A stretch of 27,996 nucleotides of DNA from Microcoleaceae cyanobacterium (GTDB taxonomy: Bacteria > Cyanobacteriota > Cyanobacteriia > Cyanobacteriales > Microcoleaceae): contig JBOFUV010000088.1 in assembly GCA_051652765.1 (NCBI GenBank), forward strand, positions 1 to 27,996. Reading direction: 5' to 3'. Both the position numbers and the translations under genes were made by a program. Below the pieces are notes generated by a model that did no database searches, had not been told where the DNA came from, and saw only the letters and a list, made by a program, of their open reading frames with translations. Shown piece by piece: positions 16,910 to 26,942 of this stretch; position 1 is the stretch's first letter; each line of letters opens with the position of its first letter.

Positions 16910-18379
16910 ATGCTGTCTCCTGGAACTGTTTTAAACACTCGCTTTCGCCTCAAACAATCCTTTAATACTGATTCTATCCGTCACACTTGGTTGGCCGAGG
17001 ATTTAATGTTTCAGGATCAAGTTGTTTTAAAGTTGCTGGCTTTAAGCGGTTCGATGGATTGGGATGATTTAAAACTTTTAGAGCGCGAAGCTCAAATTTT
17101 ACAACAATTAACCCACCCTAGAATTGCAAAATATCGAGATTATTTCGCCCTCAATACGTTTAACCAATGGTTTGGCTTGGTCACAGAATATGTTCCGGGG
17201 GTTTCCCTCAAACAGAAGTTGGAAAAACACCACCGTTTTACTCAGGAACAACTCCAGTGGATTGCCCAAGAGGTGTTAGAAATTTTGCAGTATTTGCATC
17301 AATTAGCACCCCCTGTATTGCACCGAGATATTAAGCCAAGCAACTTAATTTGGGGAACAGATCATCAAATTTATTTAATTGATTTTGGCTGTGTACAACT
17401 GCAGCCGCGTTTGCCTGGGGCCACGTTCACCGTGGTTGGAACCTATGGCTATACTCCGATTGAACAGTTTGGCGGAGAAACGGTTCCGGCTTCTGATCTG
17501 TATGCGTTAGGAACAACCTTGGTGCATTTGCTAACGGGAATCCCCCCTGCAGAATTGCCGCAAAAAGACTTTCAAATTCAATTTCAGGATCGAGTCCATT
17601 CTCAACTTGATGCTCAATTTTCTCAGTGGTTAGAGCGGTTAATCAAGCCGACTGTGGGCGATCGCTTTCAATCGGCTCAGCAAGCTTTAATTGCTCTCAA
17701 TGCTTCGGTTTCAGGGTTAATTCAATCCCCTGAAAATACTGGGATTCAGTTATCTAAATCTACTGAGCGATTAACCATTGAAATTCCCTCTCGTTTTTCC
17801 ATTGAATATGTCCGTCCCTTCCGTCGAACTGCGGCAGGTTCAATGTCTAAATTAAAACACCGATTTCAGCAGATCCCTTGGTTAGTCAGAGGACAAATTG
17901 CCGGAGTACTGATTCTCACGGCCTTTGCTTTACAACTGCTCCCCGTTCCCCTGGAAGAGCTTGGCCTCAACTTGGCCCATACAGCTCTGTACCTGCCTGT
18001 CATGCTGCTGGTTTTAGGGGTTCCCGTTGGATTGGCTAGCCTGATTTTATTGCTGAATTCAGGCTTAAATTATTTCGAGCGGGTGCGGATAGACTTAGAT
18101 GACAGCAACTGTGAAATTTCCTGGCGATCCGCTGGATGGCCGAAACGCAAAAAAGTCGAACTGTCTCAAATTCAGCAGGTCAATTTAGCTCAGGTGAAAA
18201 ATCTCAGAGGTCACTTACAGCCCAGCTTGGAAATTGCTGTTCATAAACCCAGATTATTTCTCTTTTCTCAACGCAGGGCATTACATTTTGGTCAGCAACT
18301 GCGGGAGGAAGAGTTGCAATGGTTAAAGCAGGAAATCTGGGATTGGATTACGTCCCATTCGACTTCCCGTTCAATTTAG
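16910..18379 (+). CDS. Hanks-type Ser/Thr protein kinase with C-terminal TM segments
   Basis: VVLK, EREAQIL, HRDIKPSN, DFG, GTYGYTPIEQ, SDLYALG; two hydrophobic helices in the C-terminal half. Confidence 0.93.
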   Translation: MLSPGTVLNTRFRLKQSFNTDSIRHTWLAEDLMFQDQVVLKLLALSGSMDWDDLKLLEREAQILQQLTHPRIAKYRDYFALNTFNQWFGLVTEYVPGVSLKQKLEKHHRFTQEQLQWIAQEVLEILQYLHQLAPPVLHRDIKPSNLIWGTDHQIYLIDFGCVQLQPRLPGATFTVVGTYGYTPIEQFGGETVPASDLYALGTTLVHLLTGIPPAELPQKDFQIQFQDRVHSQLDAQFSQWLERLIKPTVGDRFQSAQQALIALNASVSGLIQSPENTGIQLSKSTERLTIEIPSRFSIEYVRPFRRTAAGSMSKLKHRFQQIPWLVRGQIAGVLILTAFALQLLPVPLEELGLNLAHTALYLPVMLLVLGVPVGLASLILLLNSGLNYFERVRIDLDDSNCEISWRSAGWPKRKKVELSQIQQVNLAQVKNLRGHLQPSLEIAVHKPRLFLFSQRRALHFGQQLREEELQWLKQEIWDWITSHSTSRSI

Positions 18380-18388
18380 GGTAGGGTT

Positions 18389-18595
18389 CTAATTCAGCTT
18401 CAAAGCACTAACGGGAACGTCGTCCCAAGACGCTACAGTTCGCATCCGAGCAACCCAACCCTGTTGTTTCTGGGCTTCGGTAAGGTTCTGTTCAAAAGAT
18501 TCGTGGCATTGCTTTGCCTGAACTTCGTCACAGCAGGCAATACAAGAATAAATCAGTCCAGATGGATCGACCTGCTCATTGACCCATATTGTCAT
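18389..18595 (-). CDS. Small conserved-looking cyanobacterial protein (68 aa)
   Basis: [24 protein letters not shown]...[13 protein letters not shown] after AGGGGG. The longer ORF-track version runs into the tRNA. Confidence 0.75.
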   Translation of the reverse strand: MTIWVNEQVDPSGLIYSCIACCDEVQAKQCHESFEQNLTEAQKQQGWVARMRTVASWDDVPVSALKLN

Positions 18596-18641
18596 ACTCA
18601 GCCCCCTTAAGACCTGAAAGCTCAACGAAATAAAAGTTTTA

Positions 18642-18715
18642 CGGGATCGACGGGGCTCGAACCCGCAACTTCCGCCGTGACAGGGCGGTGCTCTAACCAA
18701 TTGAACTACGATCCC
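18642..18715 (-). tRNA. trnD: tRNA-Asp(GTC)
   Basis: GGGATCGTAGTTCAATTGGTTAGAGCACCGCCCT-GTC-ACGGCGGAAGTTGCGGGTTCGAGCCCCGTCGATCCCG; cloverleaf, CCA not encoded. Confidence 0.97.
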
Positions 18716-18733
18716 TTTTTTGCACTGAGATTT

Positions 18734-18762
18734 ATCATAGCCCGACTCTCAAAAATTGTCAA
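18734..18762 (-). promoter_or_regulatory. Sigma70-type promoter of tRNA-Asp
   Basis: Minus strand TTGACA-N17-TATGAT ending 18 bp upstream of the tRNA. Confidence 0.8.
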
Positions 18763-18851
18763 CCTTTGAATTAAACCCCGGCGATTCCTATTGCAGAGTC
18801 TCACCTCCGTGTTGTCAGGCGGGAGTTCTAACTCTAATCCCTGAATTCAGA

Positions 18852-19532
18852 CTACCAGACAAACGGAATTAAACGAGCAGTGCGTTGCTGATAGTCTTCA
18901 TAGTCAGGGTACTTTTCGGCCATGGATTTTTCCTTTTGGAAGATTCTTTGGAGGTAAAGCAACGCTACTAGTCCAGGAACCAAATATGCCCAAAGAGATC
19001 CTGCAACAACTGCAAAGCTGAGGTAACGCAACAAATCCCCAAGGTAGTTAATATTCCGAGAAAACCGCCAGATGTTATCCTGGACTAACCCTACGCTGAA
19101 TTCTTTGGCTGTCAATTTCTGCACATCTGCACTCGTATTAATTAAGCTCCCAAAAAAGAATAGCGGTAGGGCAATAAAAACAGTCAGCTCAGCAATTGGC
19201 TCTGGATTAATAAAGGCTAAATATCCTGGTAAAGCATAGAGAAAGCCAATAAATAACAGCATAAACGTAAACTCTCCAACTCCCGCAGGGTCACTAAACA
19301 TGACCTGCCTGCGTTTTGGAAAGAGCCACTGCTCCATCAACCACCACGTACAATAACTCACATGCAAACAGAGATAAATAACTTGACGCATTCCGGCAAT
19401 TCCTAGCAGGATTGCACAACCAATTAGAAATAAAATTGTAATAATCTTTGCAGTATTAATTGCGGTGAGCTGAGTCACTTGCAAACGTTTTTGTGAACTG
19501 TTAAAGGCTGAATCCTTTGCTGTCTGACCCAT
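18852..19532 (-). CDS. DUF1295 / steroid 5-alpha-reductase-like (ICMT superfamily) membrane protein
   Basis: Multiple TM helices, ADVQK, IWRFSRNINYLGD, YEDYQQRTARLIPFVW. Confidence 0.78.
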   Translation of the reverse strand: MGQTAKDSAFNSSQKRLQVTQLTAINTAKIITILFLIGCAILLGIAGMRQVIYLCLHVSYCTWWLMEQWLFPKRRQVMFSDPAGVGEFTFMLLFIGFLYALPGYLAFINPEPIAELTVFIALPLFFFGSLINTSADVQKLTAKEFSVGLVQDNIWRFSRNINYLGDLLRYLSFAVVAGSLWAYLVPGLVALLYLQRIFQKEKSMAEKYPDYEDYQQRTARLIPFVW

Positions 19533-19688
19533 TGTTCACTCCTAGGATTTCTCCCCTGTGGGAATTTACCAATTACTCTAACATTTTTGACATCTTCCCC
19601 ACGCTTACTTAAAGATAAGGATTCTACCGAAAGTCGTCGCTAGATCTCTTTTTACCCCCATCTTGAGAAGTGTGCTACTATACTCACT

Positions 19689-19772
19689 CAAGCTAGGGGT
19701 GCCTGCGAAGTCCAGGCTGAGAGACACCCTTGGAACCTGAGTTCGGTTAGTACCGACGTAGGGAAGCTGTTT
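19689..19772 (+). ncRNA. TPP (thi-box) riboswitch
   Basis: AGCTAGGGGTGCC...GGCTGAGAGACACCCTTGGAACCTGA...GTAGGGAAGCT directly upstream of thiC. Confidence 0.93.
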
Positions 19773-19787
19773 TCTGAGGAATTGAAT

Positions 19788-21167
19788 ATGAGATCTGAAT
19801 GGGTTGCAAAGCGTCATGGACAAGACAATGTAACGCAGATGTATTATGCCCGTCAGGGGGTTTTGACCGAAGAAATGCACTATGTTGCCAATCGGGAGAA
19901 CCTTCCTGTGGACTTAATTCGGGATGAAATTGCCCGAGGTCGGTTGATTATTCCAGCCAATATTAACCACCCCAATTTAGAGCCGATGGCCATCGGGATT
20001 GCGTCTAAATGCAAAGTCAATGCCAACATTGGTGCATCTCCAAACTCATCCAACATCGACGAGGAGTTAGAAAAACTCCATCTAGCCGTGAAGTACGGGG
20101 CAGACACGGTGATGGATTTGTCCACTGGGGGAGGGAACTTAGACACGATCCGCACCGCCATTATCAATGCGTCTTCGGTTCCCATCGGCACAGTTCCAAT
20201 TTACCAGGTAGTTGAAAGTGCCCATGGTCAAATTGAAACCCTAACGCCCGATGACTTCCTACATGTGATTGAAAAGCACGCTCAACAGGGTGTGGACTAC
20301 ATGACCATTCATGCGGGTATTTTGATTGAATACTTGCCCTTGGTCAGAAACCGGATCACGGGAATTGTCTCTCGGGGGGGTGGCATTATTGCCAGGTGGA
20401 TGCTGCATCATCATAAGCAAAACCCACTCTACACTCACTTTGATGACATTATCGAGATTTTCAAAAAGTACGATGTCTCCTTCAGTTTGGGGGATTCCCT
20501 GCGTCCGGGCTGCACCCATGATGCCTCCGATGAAGCCCAATTGTCTGAATTGAAAACCCTGGGACAACTCACTCGTCGAGCCTGGGAACATGATGTCCAA
20601 GTCATGGTAGAAGGGCCAGGGCATGTTCCTATGGATCAAATTGAATTTAACGTCAAGAAACAGATGGAGGAATGCTCGGAAGCCCCCTTCTATGTGCTTG
20701 GCCCCTTGGTCACGGACATTGCTCCGGGTTACGATCACATTACCTCCGCTATCGGCGCGGCGATCGCTGGCTGGCACGGAACGGCAATGCTCTGCTACGT
20801 CACCCCAAAGGAACACTTGGGTTTGCCCAATGCTGAAGATGTTCGCAACGGCTTAATTGCTTACAAAATTGCGGCCCACGCTGCTGATATTGCCCGTCAT
20901 CGCCCAGGAGTCCGAGATCGGGATGACGAACTCTCTGCGGCTCGGTACAACTTTGATTGGAACCGTCAGTTCGCCCTGTCCCTCGATCCCGATCGGGCCC
21001 GAGAGTACCACGATGAAACCTTGCCTGCGGATATCTACAAAACGGCTGAATTCTGCTCAATGTGTGGGCCAAAGTTCTGCCCCATGCAGACCAAAGTTGA
21101 TGCAGACGCTCTGTCTGAACTGGAGAAGTTTTTAGCTCAAGAAAAAGCTGTCGTGGCACAAAGTTAA
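19788..21167 (+). CDS. thiC: Phosphomethylpyrimidine synthase
   Basis: [53 protein letters not shown] (Fe-S motif); ATG at 19788 after GAGGA. Confidence 0.98.
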   Translation: MRSEWVAKRHGQDNVTQMYYARQGVLTEEMHYVANRENLPVDLIRDEIARGRLIIPANINHPNLEPMAIGIASKCKVNANIGASPNSSNIDEELEKLHLAVKYGADTVMDLSTGGGNLDTIRTAIINASSVPIGTVPIYQVVESAHGQIETLTPDDFLHVIEKHAQQGVDYMTIHAGILIEYLPLVRNRITGIVSRGGGIIARWMLHHHKQNPLYTHFDDIIEIFKKYDVSFSLGDSLRPGCTHDASDEAQLSELKTLGQLTRRAWEHDVQVMVEGPGHVPMDQIEFNVKKQMEECSEAPFYVLGPLVTDIAPGYDHITSAIGAAIAGWHGTAMLCYVTPKEHLGLPNAEDVRNGLIAYKIAAHAADIARHRPGVRDRDDELSAARYNFDWNRQFALSLDPDRAREYHDETLPADIYKTAEFCSMCGPKFCPMQTKVDADALSELEKFLAQEKAVVAQS

Positions 21168-21242
21168 GACAGCAAGTTAAGACAACAAGCTAAGACAGAC
21201 AACAAGTTAAGACAACAAGTTAAGGCAACAGGTTAAAGCAAC
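21161..21242 (+). repeat. Tandem array of six ~13-bp units AAGTTAAGACAAC starting at the thiC stop codon
   Basis: aagttaagacagc aagttaagacaac aagctaagacagacaac aagttaagacaac aagttaaggcaac aggttaaagcaac. Confidence 0.9.
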
Positions 21243-21344
21243 AGCCGTTTTTAAATCAGTGCGGGACATCTCAGCCACTTAAGTTCGCCTTTTTTAGAGG
21301 AGATTTGGGGAAACTGCTGGTCACACTTGAACAAAAACGGCTGT
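21241..21344. mobile_element. 104-bp MITE-like element with 12-bp terminal inverted repeats
   Basis: ACAGCCGTTTTT (21241-21252) and AAAAACGGCTGT (21333-21344); non-coding interior. Confidence 0.55.
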
Positions 21345-21357
21345 AAGGGCAAGAATC

Positions 21358-21401
21358 AAAAAAAATGAGGGACTAGCCATTGTGCTAATCTCTCATTTTT
21401 T
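21358..21401. terminator. Bidirectional terminator between thiC and the convergent gene
   Basis: AAAAAATGAGGGACTAGC-CATTGT-GCTAATCTCTCATTTTTT, hairpin flanked by A and T runs. Confidence 0.7.
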
Positions 21402-21451
21402 ATACAGTTCTAAGCATCTGTACGGATAACAAGATCAAATCCCCTGGCAAG

Positions 21452-22246
21452 TCAAATGGGATTGCTGTTGAACTCTGCCATCGGCCAGTTAGACTCTCGG
21501 TGATATTGGGTCATGTCTTCAAATTTACTTAAATGCGCCTGATAAACAGATAAATCCTGAGGCGCATCAATCCATTGATGATTGAGTTCTGATAAGTCAT
21601 GACTGATCTGTTCTCGGTTTAAATCAGTCGGAATGGTGCCAAAATATCCCAACGTAATGTGAGCCGTGAAGTGATACTGCTGCTCAATACCTAAAGCCAT
21701 CAAATCTGAATTTTGATAGATTACCCGTCGGAACTGGGCTGTTGCATTGTAGGACGTTTCATCTTTTGGAACTAAGCAAACCCCAATTGCCCTAGCCATC
21801 ACCAAAATCCCAAAAACTTGCCAAGTAATCGCCGCTTGGGGTTGAGTTTCAGTAAAGATTGCAAAGGACTGAGCGATCGCCTGCCGGAGTTGCGGTTCAA
21901 ATTCAGGGGCTTGACAAGCTGCTTGATAGGAACTATCCCAAATCAAGTCCGCCAAAGTGAAATGAAGACTCTCGGGTGAAACTGGAATCAACAACTCTGT
22001 CCCAAAAACTTTGCCAAGCTGGTGCTGACAGGTTTGTAAACTTTTATAAAATTCCTGATTTTGAGGGTCTTCTCCAGCAGTCGGGGTGATCACACTGTAT
22101 CCCGGAAATGGGACAGCAATTCTCGTCCCTGAAGCATCTAGCTGATATTTTGGAGACTCCTGAATATATTCCAACTGAGAGAGATAAGCCTCTGGCAGAG
22201 TCATATGCGCCACTCGGCTAACATAAACTTGATAGATATCGTCCAA
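21452..22246 (-). CDS. DUF1868-like 2H-phosphoesterase-fold protein
   Basis: Two HxT motifs (SLHFTLAD, FTAHITLGY) and PFPGYSVITP. TTG start at 22246 (MDDIYQ..) avoids overlap with holA. Confidence 0.72.
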   Translation of the reverse strand: MDDIYQVYVSRVAHMTLPEAYLSQLEYIQESPKYQLDASGTRIAVPFPGYSVITPTAGEDPQNQEFYKSLQTCQHQLGKVFGTELLIPVSPESLHFTLADLIWDSSYQAACQAPEFEPQLRQAIAQSFAIFTETQPQAAITWQVFGILVMARAIGVCLVPKDETSYNATAQFRRVIYQNSDLMALGIEQQYHFTAHITLGYFGTIPTDLNREQISHDLSELNHQWIDAPQDLSVYQAHLSKFEDMTQYHRESNWPMAEFNSNPI

Positions 22247-22278
22247 CCTGGCCACCTCAACGTTGCTAAAGAATAATA

Positions 22279-23274
22279 ATGACAATTTACCTCTACTGGG
22301 GAGATGATGAGTTCTCACTAGAAAAAGCGGTTAGAGCTTTGCAACAGTCCGCCCTCGATCCCAGTTGGGCTAGCTTTAATTTTGACAAAATTCTGCCGAA
22401 CCAACCAGACTCTGTAGTTTTCGGTCTAAATCAGGCAATGACTCCTCCCTTTGGATCGGGCGGACGTTGCGTTTGGCTGATGAACACTCCCCTAGTTCAA
22501 CGCTGTTCTGAAGCAACGCTAGCAGAACTCAAACGGACTCTCCCAACTCTTCCGGAAACAACAACCTTGATTTTAACCTCTCCAACTAAACCTGACAGTC
22601 GGCTCAAGTCAACCAAGCTGATCCAACAGCATGGCACTATTCGTGAGTTTACTCGAATTTCCCAGTGGAAAACCGATCAGCTCATCCAACAGGTGCAAGA
22701 CGTTGCAAAAGATCTGAACGTTCAGCTCACCCCTAAAGCCATTACAGTCCTAGCTGAGGCCGTAGGAAGTGATACCCGTCAACTGTACAACGAACTGGAG
22801 AAATTAAAGCTTTATGGCTTTACCTATGGCAAGCCCTTGGATGAAAAGGCGATCGCCCCTCTCATTCAGAACACTCAGCAAACTAGCCTCAAGCTCGCAA
22901 CTGCGATCAAAGCCGGAAAAACGATTCAGGCCCTAGAGACTTTAGCCGATTTGCTCAATCAAAATGAATCTGGCCTAAAGATCGTAGCCACATTAGTCAA
23001 TCAGTTTCGGCTATGGCTGTGGGTAAAGTTGCTGATTCAACAAGGGGTTCAGGATGAAAAAGAAATTGCCAAAACCGCTGAAGTTGGCAATCCAGGCCGA
23101 GTCTACTTTCTCCGCAAGGAAGTCCAACCCGTGACCCTCAACCAACTCCAACAAACCCTGCCCACTTTGCTTGACCTAGAAGTCAGCTTGAAGCGAGGTG
23201 CTGAGGAACAATCAACCCTCCAGACTAAGGTAATTGAGCTGTGCTCTCTATTCAAATCCCCCGGCAAATCCTGA
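22279..23274 (+). CDS. holA: DNA polymerase III subunit delta
   Basis: IYLYWGDDEF, QAMTPPFG, LAEAVGSDTRQLYNELEKLKLY, LLDLEVSLKRG. Confidence 0.93.
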   Translation: MTIYLYWGDDEFSLEKAVRALQQSALDPSWASFNFDKILPNQPDSVVFGLNQAMTPPFGSGGRCVWLMNTPLVQRCSEATLAELKRTLPTLPETTTLILTSPTKPDSRLKSTKLIQQHGTIREFTRISQWKTDQLIQQVQDVAKDLNVQLTPKAITVLAEAVGSDTRQLYNELEKLKLYGFTYGKPLDEKAIAPLIQNTQQTSLKLATAIKAGKTIQALETLADLLNQNESGLKIVATLVNQFRLWLWVKLLIQQGVQDEKEIAKTAEVGNPGRVYFLRKEVQPVTLNQLQQTLPTLLDLEVSLKRGAEEQSTLQTKVIELCSLFKSPGKS

Positions 23275-23625
23275 GCCCCAGATCCAACCCTTGGCCCAAA
23301 AGTCAAAGAGAGGGTTGAGGATCAAGTCCCCAAGAAAATGCAACGCCCCTTCACCTCTAGCTCACAAATTATTCCTGATTGCTATATTTTTCGTGAACTT
23401 ATATCACAAGCCACTATTGCACAAGTCGTTTGAGATGCCATCGCTTGGACTTAACTAGATTAATTGGGTTTTGGATGGCCTAAATGCTGATATGACCTTG
23501 CTTCTACGCTCAAATTAGCCGCCAAATTGATCTCATGGATACTAGAGCTTCACGAAAACTATTGCCAATCCGAGTAAGAGTGATAGTATCATTGAAAATG
23601 CTAGTTACCCTAGAGAGGGTCAGTC

Positions 23626-24642
23626 ATGTCAGAGCAGAATCAACGGGAACTTGCTAGACAGGGCGATCCCCAAGCGATCGCTGCTGCAATTAATCATTCA
23701 CTTAAGCCTAAAGGTATCACTGCCGACGTGATGCGTGATAATGGTCGCCTTCATGTCTCGATTGAGGGAGAACAAGTCCCCCTCAACCAACAAGCCCTAG
23801 TCAGCTTCATCCGCAATGGAATGCAGAAGTTGGATATTGACGCGATTCATACTGTCAAAGTATACGGTCGTCGCCATGAAGGAGACTTACCCCTTTGGGA
23901 AGAGGAAATTGCTCTGAAAACTCCTGTTGGGGAAGATGAGTTTCTTCTGCAGGAGGTGGATCTAGATGAAGATGGGATCAGCAATGGCTATGACCCTGAG
24001 GAAGTCGTGAGTGCTGATTTTGAAAATCATCTAGAAGGTGACAATTTTGATCTGGACGAAGATCCTGAGGTTGGCCACTACAACCCCGAGGAAGATGATG
24101 ACTTTGAAGAAGATGTGGAAGCAACGGAGCAGATACAACCAGACAACCGTGGGAAGCTTCTACTCTTGCTCTTGCCGCTATTATTGCTAGCTGCTCTTGC
24201 CGGACTTCACTACTTAGGCGTTTTTAAACTGCCCTTTCTTCCTTCCGTTGCGGAGAAAACTGAGACGGCTCCGGCTCCGGCTCCGGCTGAATCCCCCGAA
24301 GCCAGCCCAACTCCAGTAACAGAAGCAGTTCCTGAAACTCCGACAGATCCAGAACCAGCTCCAGATGAAACAGCAACTCCTACTCCAGAAACAACTTCTG
24401 CGGTAGACAACAATGCCTGGGTGGAAGGGGTAAGAGCGGCAATTAGTGCTGCAGAGTTGGCCCAAACTGCAAAGTCCAAGACAGAGTGGGATGCTGTTGC
24501 TAGCCAGTGGCTAAAGGCGACAGAGCTAATGAAAAAGGTTCCTGAAGCCAGTCCTAATTATCAACAGGCAACAGAACGGGTGACCAGCTATGAAAATAAT
24601 CGTCAAGTTGCCCTACAACGAGCGGCTCAAGCACCTAATTAG
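23626..24642 (+). CDS. Hypothetical single-pass membrane protein (acidic linker, TM, Pro/Thr/Glu stalk, helical C-terminal domain)
   Basis: ELARQGDPQAIA N-terminus, D/E-rich tract, poly-Leu TM, APAPAP/ETPT repeats, AAELAQTAKSKTEWDAVASQW domain. Confidence 0.8.
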   Translation: MSEQNQRELARQGDPQAIAAAINHSLKPKGITADVMRDNGRLHVSIEGEQVPLNQQALVSFIRNGMQKLDIDAIHTVKVYGRRHEGDLPLWEEEIALKTPVGEDEFLLQEVDLDEDGISNGYDPEEVVSADFENHLEGDNFDLDEDPEVGHYNPEEDDDFEEDVEATEQIQPDNRGKLLLLLLPLLLLAALAGLHYLGVFKLPFLPSVAEKTETAPAPAPAESPEASPTPVTEAVPETPTDPEPAPDETATPTPETTSAVDNNAWVEGVRAAISAAELAQTAKSKTEWDAVASQWLKATELMKKVPEASPNYQQATERVTSYENNRQVALQRAAQAPN

Positions 24643-24935
24643 AAGTTAACAGAAGATTTAGAGGAGGTTCAGGAAAAAGCAAGACCTCCCCCAGGAGTTC
24701 ATCTCTGAGGACAATTTCTACAATTTCTAATTTCTATTGCCTGCCTGGGGAATAAAGGTTAATCACCTCTAAAATCTGGTGGGTTAGGCATCTTTCCTGA
24801 CTGAAACGGTAAGGGTGTAACAGTGCCTTGCCTCTACCCTCTCCAGCCACTAAAATCTTTCCTGAAGAGAAATTTCGTGGTTTTTCAGGTTTTTTCAATT
24901 TAGTTCTTCAATCTCAATTCTGTCTACTGAACTGC

Positions 24936-25523
24936 TTACTCAACAAATGTTCCAGACAGCGGAGCCTTGGGAATTTCAAAAATAGGCTGATCCACCGAGA
25001 TACTGAGATCATCTTGATTAATGAGAGGAACAATTGGCTCGTTCAGTGCGATTTTTAGAGGTTCTGACTCAGCCTCTTGTTGAGCAAAGAGTGAAACTCG
25101 AGCCGGGTTCTCAAATACAAGACCTGAAAGAGCTGCCATAAACAGAGCTGCAATCGCCGTTCCGCTCCAGATCAAAGTCCGTTGAGTTCTACGGTTGATC
25201 TGGTGAAACACTCGATTTGCAAACGCCTGAGGGGACAGGTTAGATGTAGGAGTTGGCATAGCTTGCCACTGAGACCGAAGATGGAGCAATTGACGATAGG
25301 CGATCGCCAACTCAGGATCTTCAGCTAGCCATTGTTCAACTTGAGAGCGCTCTGAAGCTGTTGTTTCTCGGTCTAGATAGCTGCTGAGTAATTCGTATTT
25401 AACTTTGAACAGCTCAGTAAAGGGCTGAGACAAACCCCCCTCATCGGATAAGTTCTCAACTGATTGTGGTGTTTGTTGAGTGTCTTGACGACGGTCTGAA
25501 TGTGAATGAGCTTCAAATTGCAT
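24936..25523 (-). CDS. Transmembrane anti-sigma factor cognate to SigG
   Basis: YELLSSYLDRETTASERSQVEQWL anti-sigma domain, one TM helix, downstream of an ECF sigma. Confidence 0.85.
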   Translation of the reverse strand: MQFEAHSHSDRRQDTQQTPQSVENLSDEGGLSQPFTELFKVKYELLSSYLDRETTASERSQVEQWLAEDPELAIAYRQLLHLRSQWQAMPTPTSNLSPQAFANRVFHQINRRTQRTLIWSGTAIAALFMAALSGLVFENPARVSLFAQQEAESEPLKIALNEPIVPLINQDDLSISVDQPIFEIPKAPLSGTFVE

Positions 25524-25737
25524 CAGTTGACCCCCCTTGCCATAACATATAGATTTAAATCTGAGTGGAGTGATGGAGACAAAACCCTCAAACCATTTAG
25601 GGAAAATCTATGCCCTCCCCCTATTTTACTAAAATTATTAGTATTTAAGTTAAATAAGTTGAGCTTAATTGATTGCCGTTGGTTGCTAGTTCCTGCCTTC
25701 ATCCTATTAGTTTTATAACGTTGATTAAGCTTGTGAT

Positions 25738-26394
25738 TCAGTCATGTAAATAGGGCTGTAGCTGAGTTTGAAGCCGTTGTCTAGCCCGCGCAATTCTTGA
25801 CTTCACGGTTCCAAGAGAAACTCCAGTCATTGCTGCAATCTCCTCATAGGCCAACCCTTCAATTTCTCGTAACACAATAGTGGTACGGAACACCTCGGGT
25901 AAGTCAGCGATCGCCTCTCTGAGTTGATCATAAAATTCCCGCGTGCTTAAGTCCTCATCTGGGCCAGGACAATCTGCTGGAAGATCCCAGTCAATCTCGC
26001 CATCGTCTAAGCTCCGAGGAGCATCCAAGGAAACCATTGGTCTGACTCGCTTCCGCTTTCGCAATTCATCGTAAAAAAGGTTAGTTGCAATTCGGCTCAA
26101 CCAACCTCTAAACTTTTCAGGTTCCTGCAAACGATGGATATTTCGATAAACCCGAATCCAAATTTCTTGGGCCAAGTCTGCCCGGTCTTGCCAATCTGGT
26201 GCGAGGTGATACAGCAACTTGTCAACATGGGACTGGTAGCGACGCAATAGCTCAGTGAACGCGATACGGTCAGGACATACCCCGTCCTGACACCGCAAAA
26301 TCAAATCACAATTTGATAGCTTCTCTGGAGGCAATTGCACTTGAGGAGTGGTCGATTCGACCGTAGACCAAGATAGGGACAGAGATTGACTCAT
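25738..26394 (-). CDS. sigG: ECF RNA polymerase sigma factor
   Basis: DLAQEIWIRVY, FRGWLSRIATNLFYDELRK, LREIEGLAYEEIA..GTVKSRIARAR; MSQSLSLSWS N-terminus typical of cyanobacterial SigG. Confidence 0.92.
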   Translation of the reverse strand: MSQSLSLSWSTVESTTPQVQLPPEKLSNCDLILRCQDGVCPDRIAFTELLRRYQSHVDKLLYHLAPDWQDRADLAQEIWIRVYRNIHRLQEPEKFRGWLSRIATNLFYDELRKRKRVRPMVSLDAPRSLDDGEIDWDLPADCPGPDEDLSTREFYDQLREAIADLPEVFRTTIVLREIEGLAYEEIAAMTGVSLGTVKSRIARARQRLQTQLQPYLHD

Positions 26395-26424
26395 GGATGG
26401 AACCTAGCAGATACGCTGATGTCT

Positions 26425-26452
26425 CTGACGGAACCCTAGAGAAGGATGTTCC
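26425..26452 (-). promoter_or_regulatory. Candidate ECF (autoregulatory) promoter of sigG
   Basis: Minus strand GGAAC-N17-CGTCAG about 30 bp upstream of the sigG ATG. Confidence 0.55.
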
Positions 26453-26626
26453 AGCTCCAAGCAATAAGTTTAAACCTGCTCAAAGTTTATCAGGAGCCGG
26501 AGGCTGAACGGTTGGTCTGGGTCAAAACATCATGAACGCTACCCCTCGGCAGCATCATCCAGATCAAGAGAAGAATCTGTCTGTAAGCACCGCCCCCACT
26601 TCATAATACTACCTGGTACATCAAGC

Positions 26627-26658
26627 CTGGTAAAAGAGGGGATTAGCTCTTTTACCAG
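26627..26658. terminator. Perfect 12-bp inverted repeat, possible terminator
   Basis: CTGGTAAAAGAG-GGGATTAG-CTCTTTTACCAG. Confidence 0.45.
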
Positions 26659-26942
26659 TCATAACAAAAACCTGGGCATTTAGATCGCTTCAGGCGATCC
26701 GGAAGTGGCTTTGATGGAGTTGACATGATTCAATGTCTACTGGCAAGTCGTTCACATGCCAACATTAAACCAGAAAAGTTTTTCAGCTTGGGAAAGACCA
26801 ATTTCAAACTGACCGATAATGCACAAAGCCGTGATCAGAACAATCAAGCTAAACCGTTTCATCATTCCCTCCAAAATAATTATCATTTCAAAATAGGTTT
26901 TCAGATGGGTAAGCTAACCTCCTCCTCATCCCTCAACTCTGC

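Noticed and set aside
18600..18660. tRNA-Asp 3' end as an integration site
   Set aside because: No duplicated tRNA 3' fragment or phage-type integrase noticed in the window
18596..18700. N-terminal extension of the 103-aa ORF
   Set aside because: It is a translation through the tRNA-Asp gene; the real start is likely 18595
19605..21159. Several antisense or alternate-frame ORFs over thiC (and similar ones over proC, GH57, sepF, parA, holA)
   Set aside because: Shadows of well-supported genes with no recognisable motifs
21161..21242. CRISPR-like array
   Set aside because: Units are 13 bp, directly adjacent, with no spacers, and no cas genes are present
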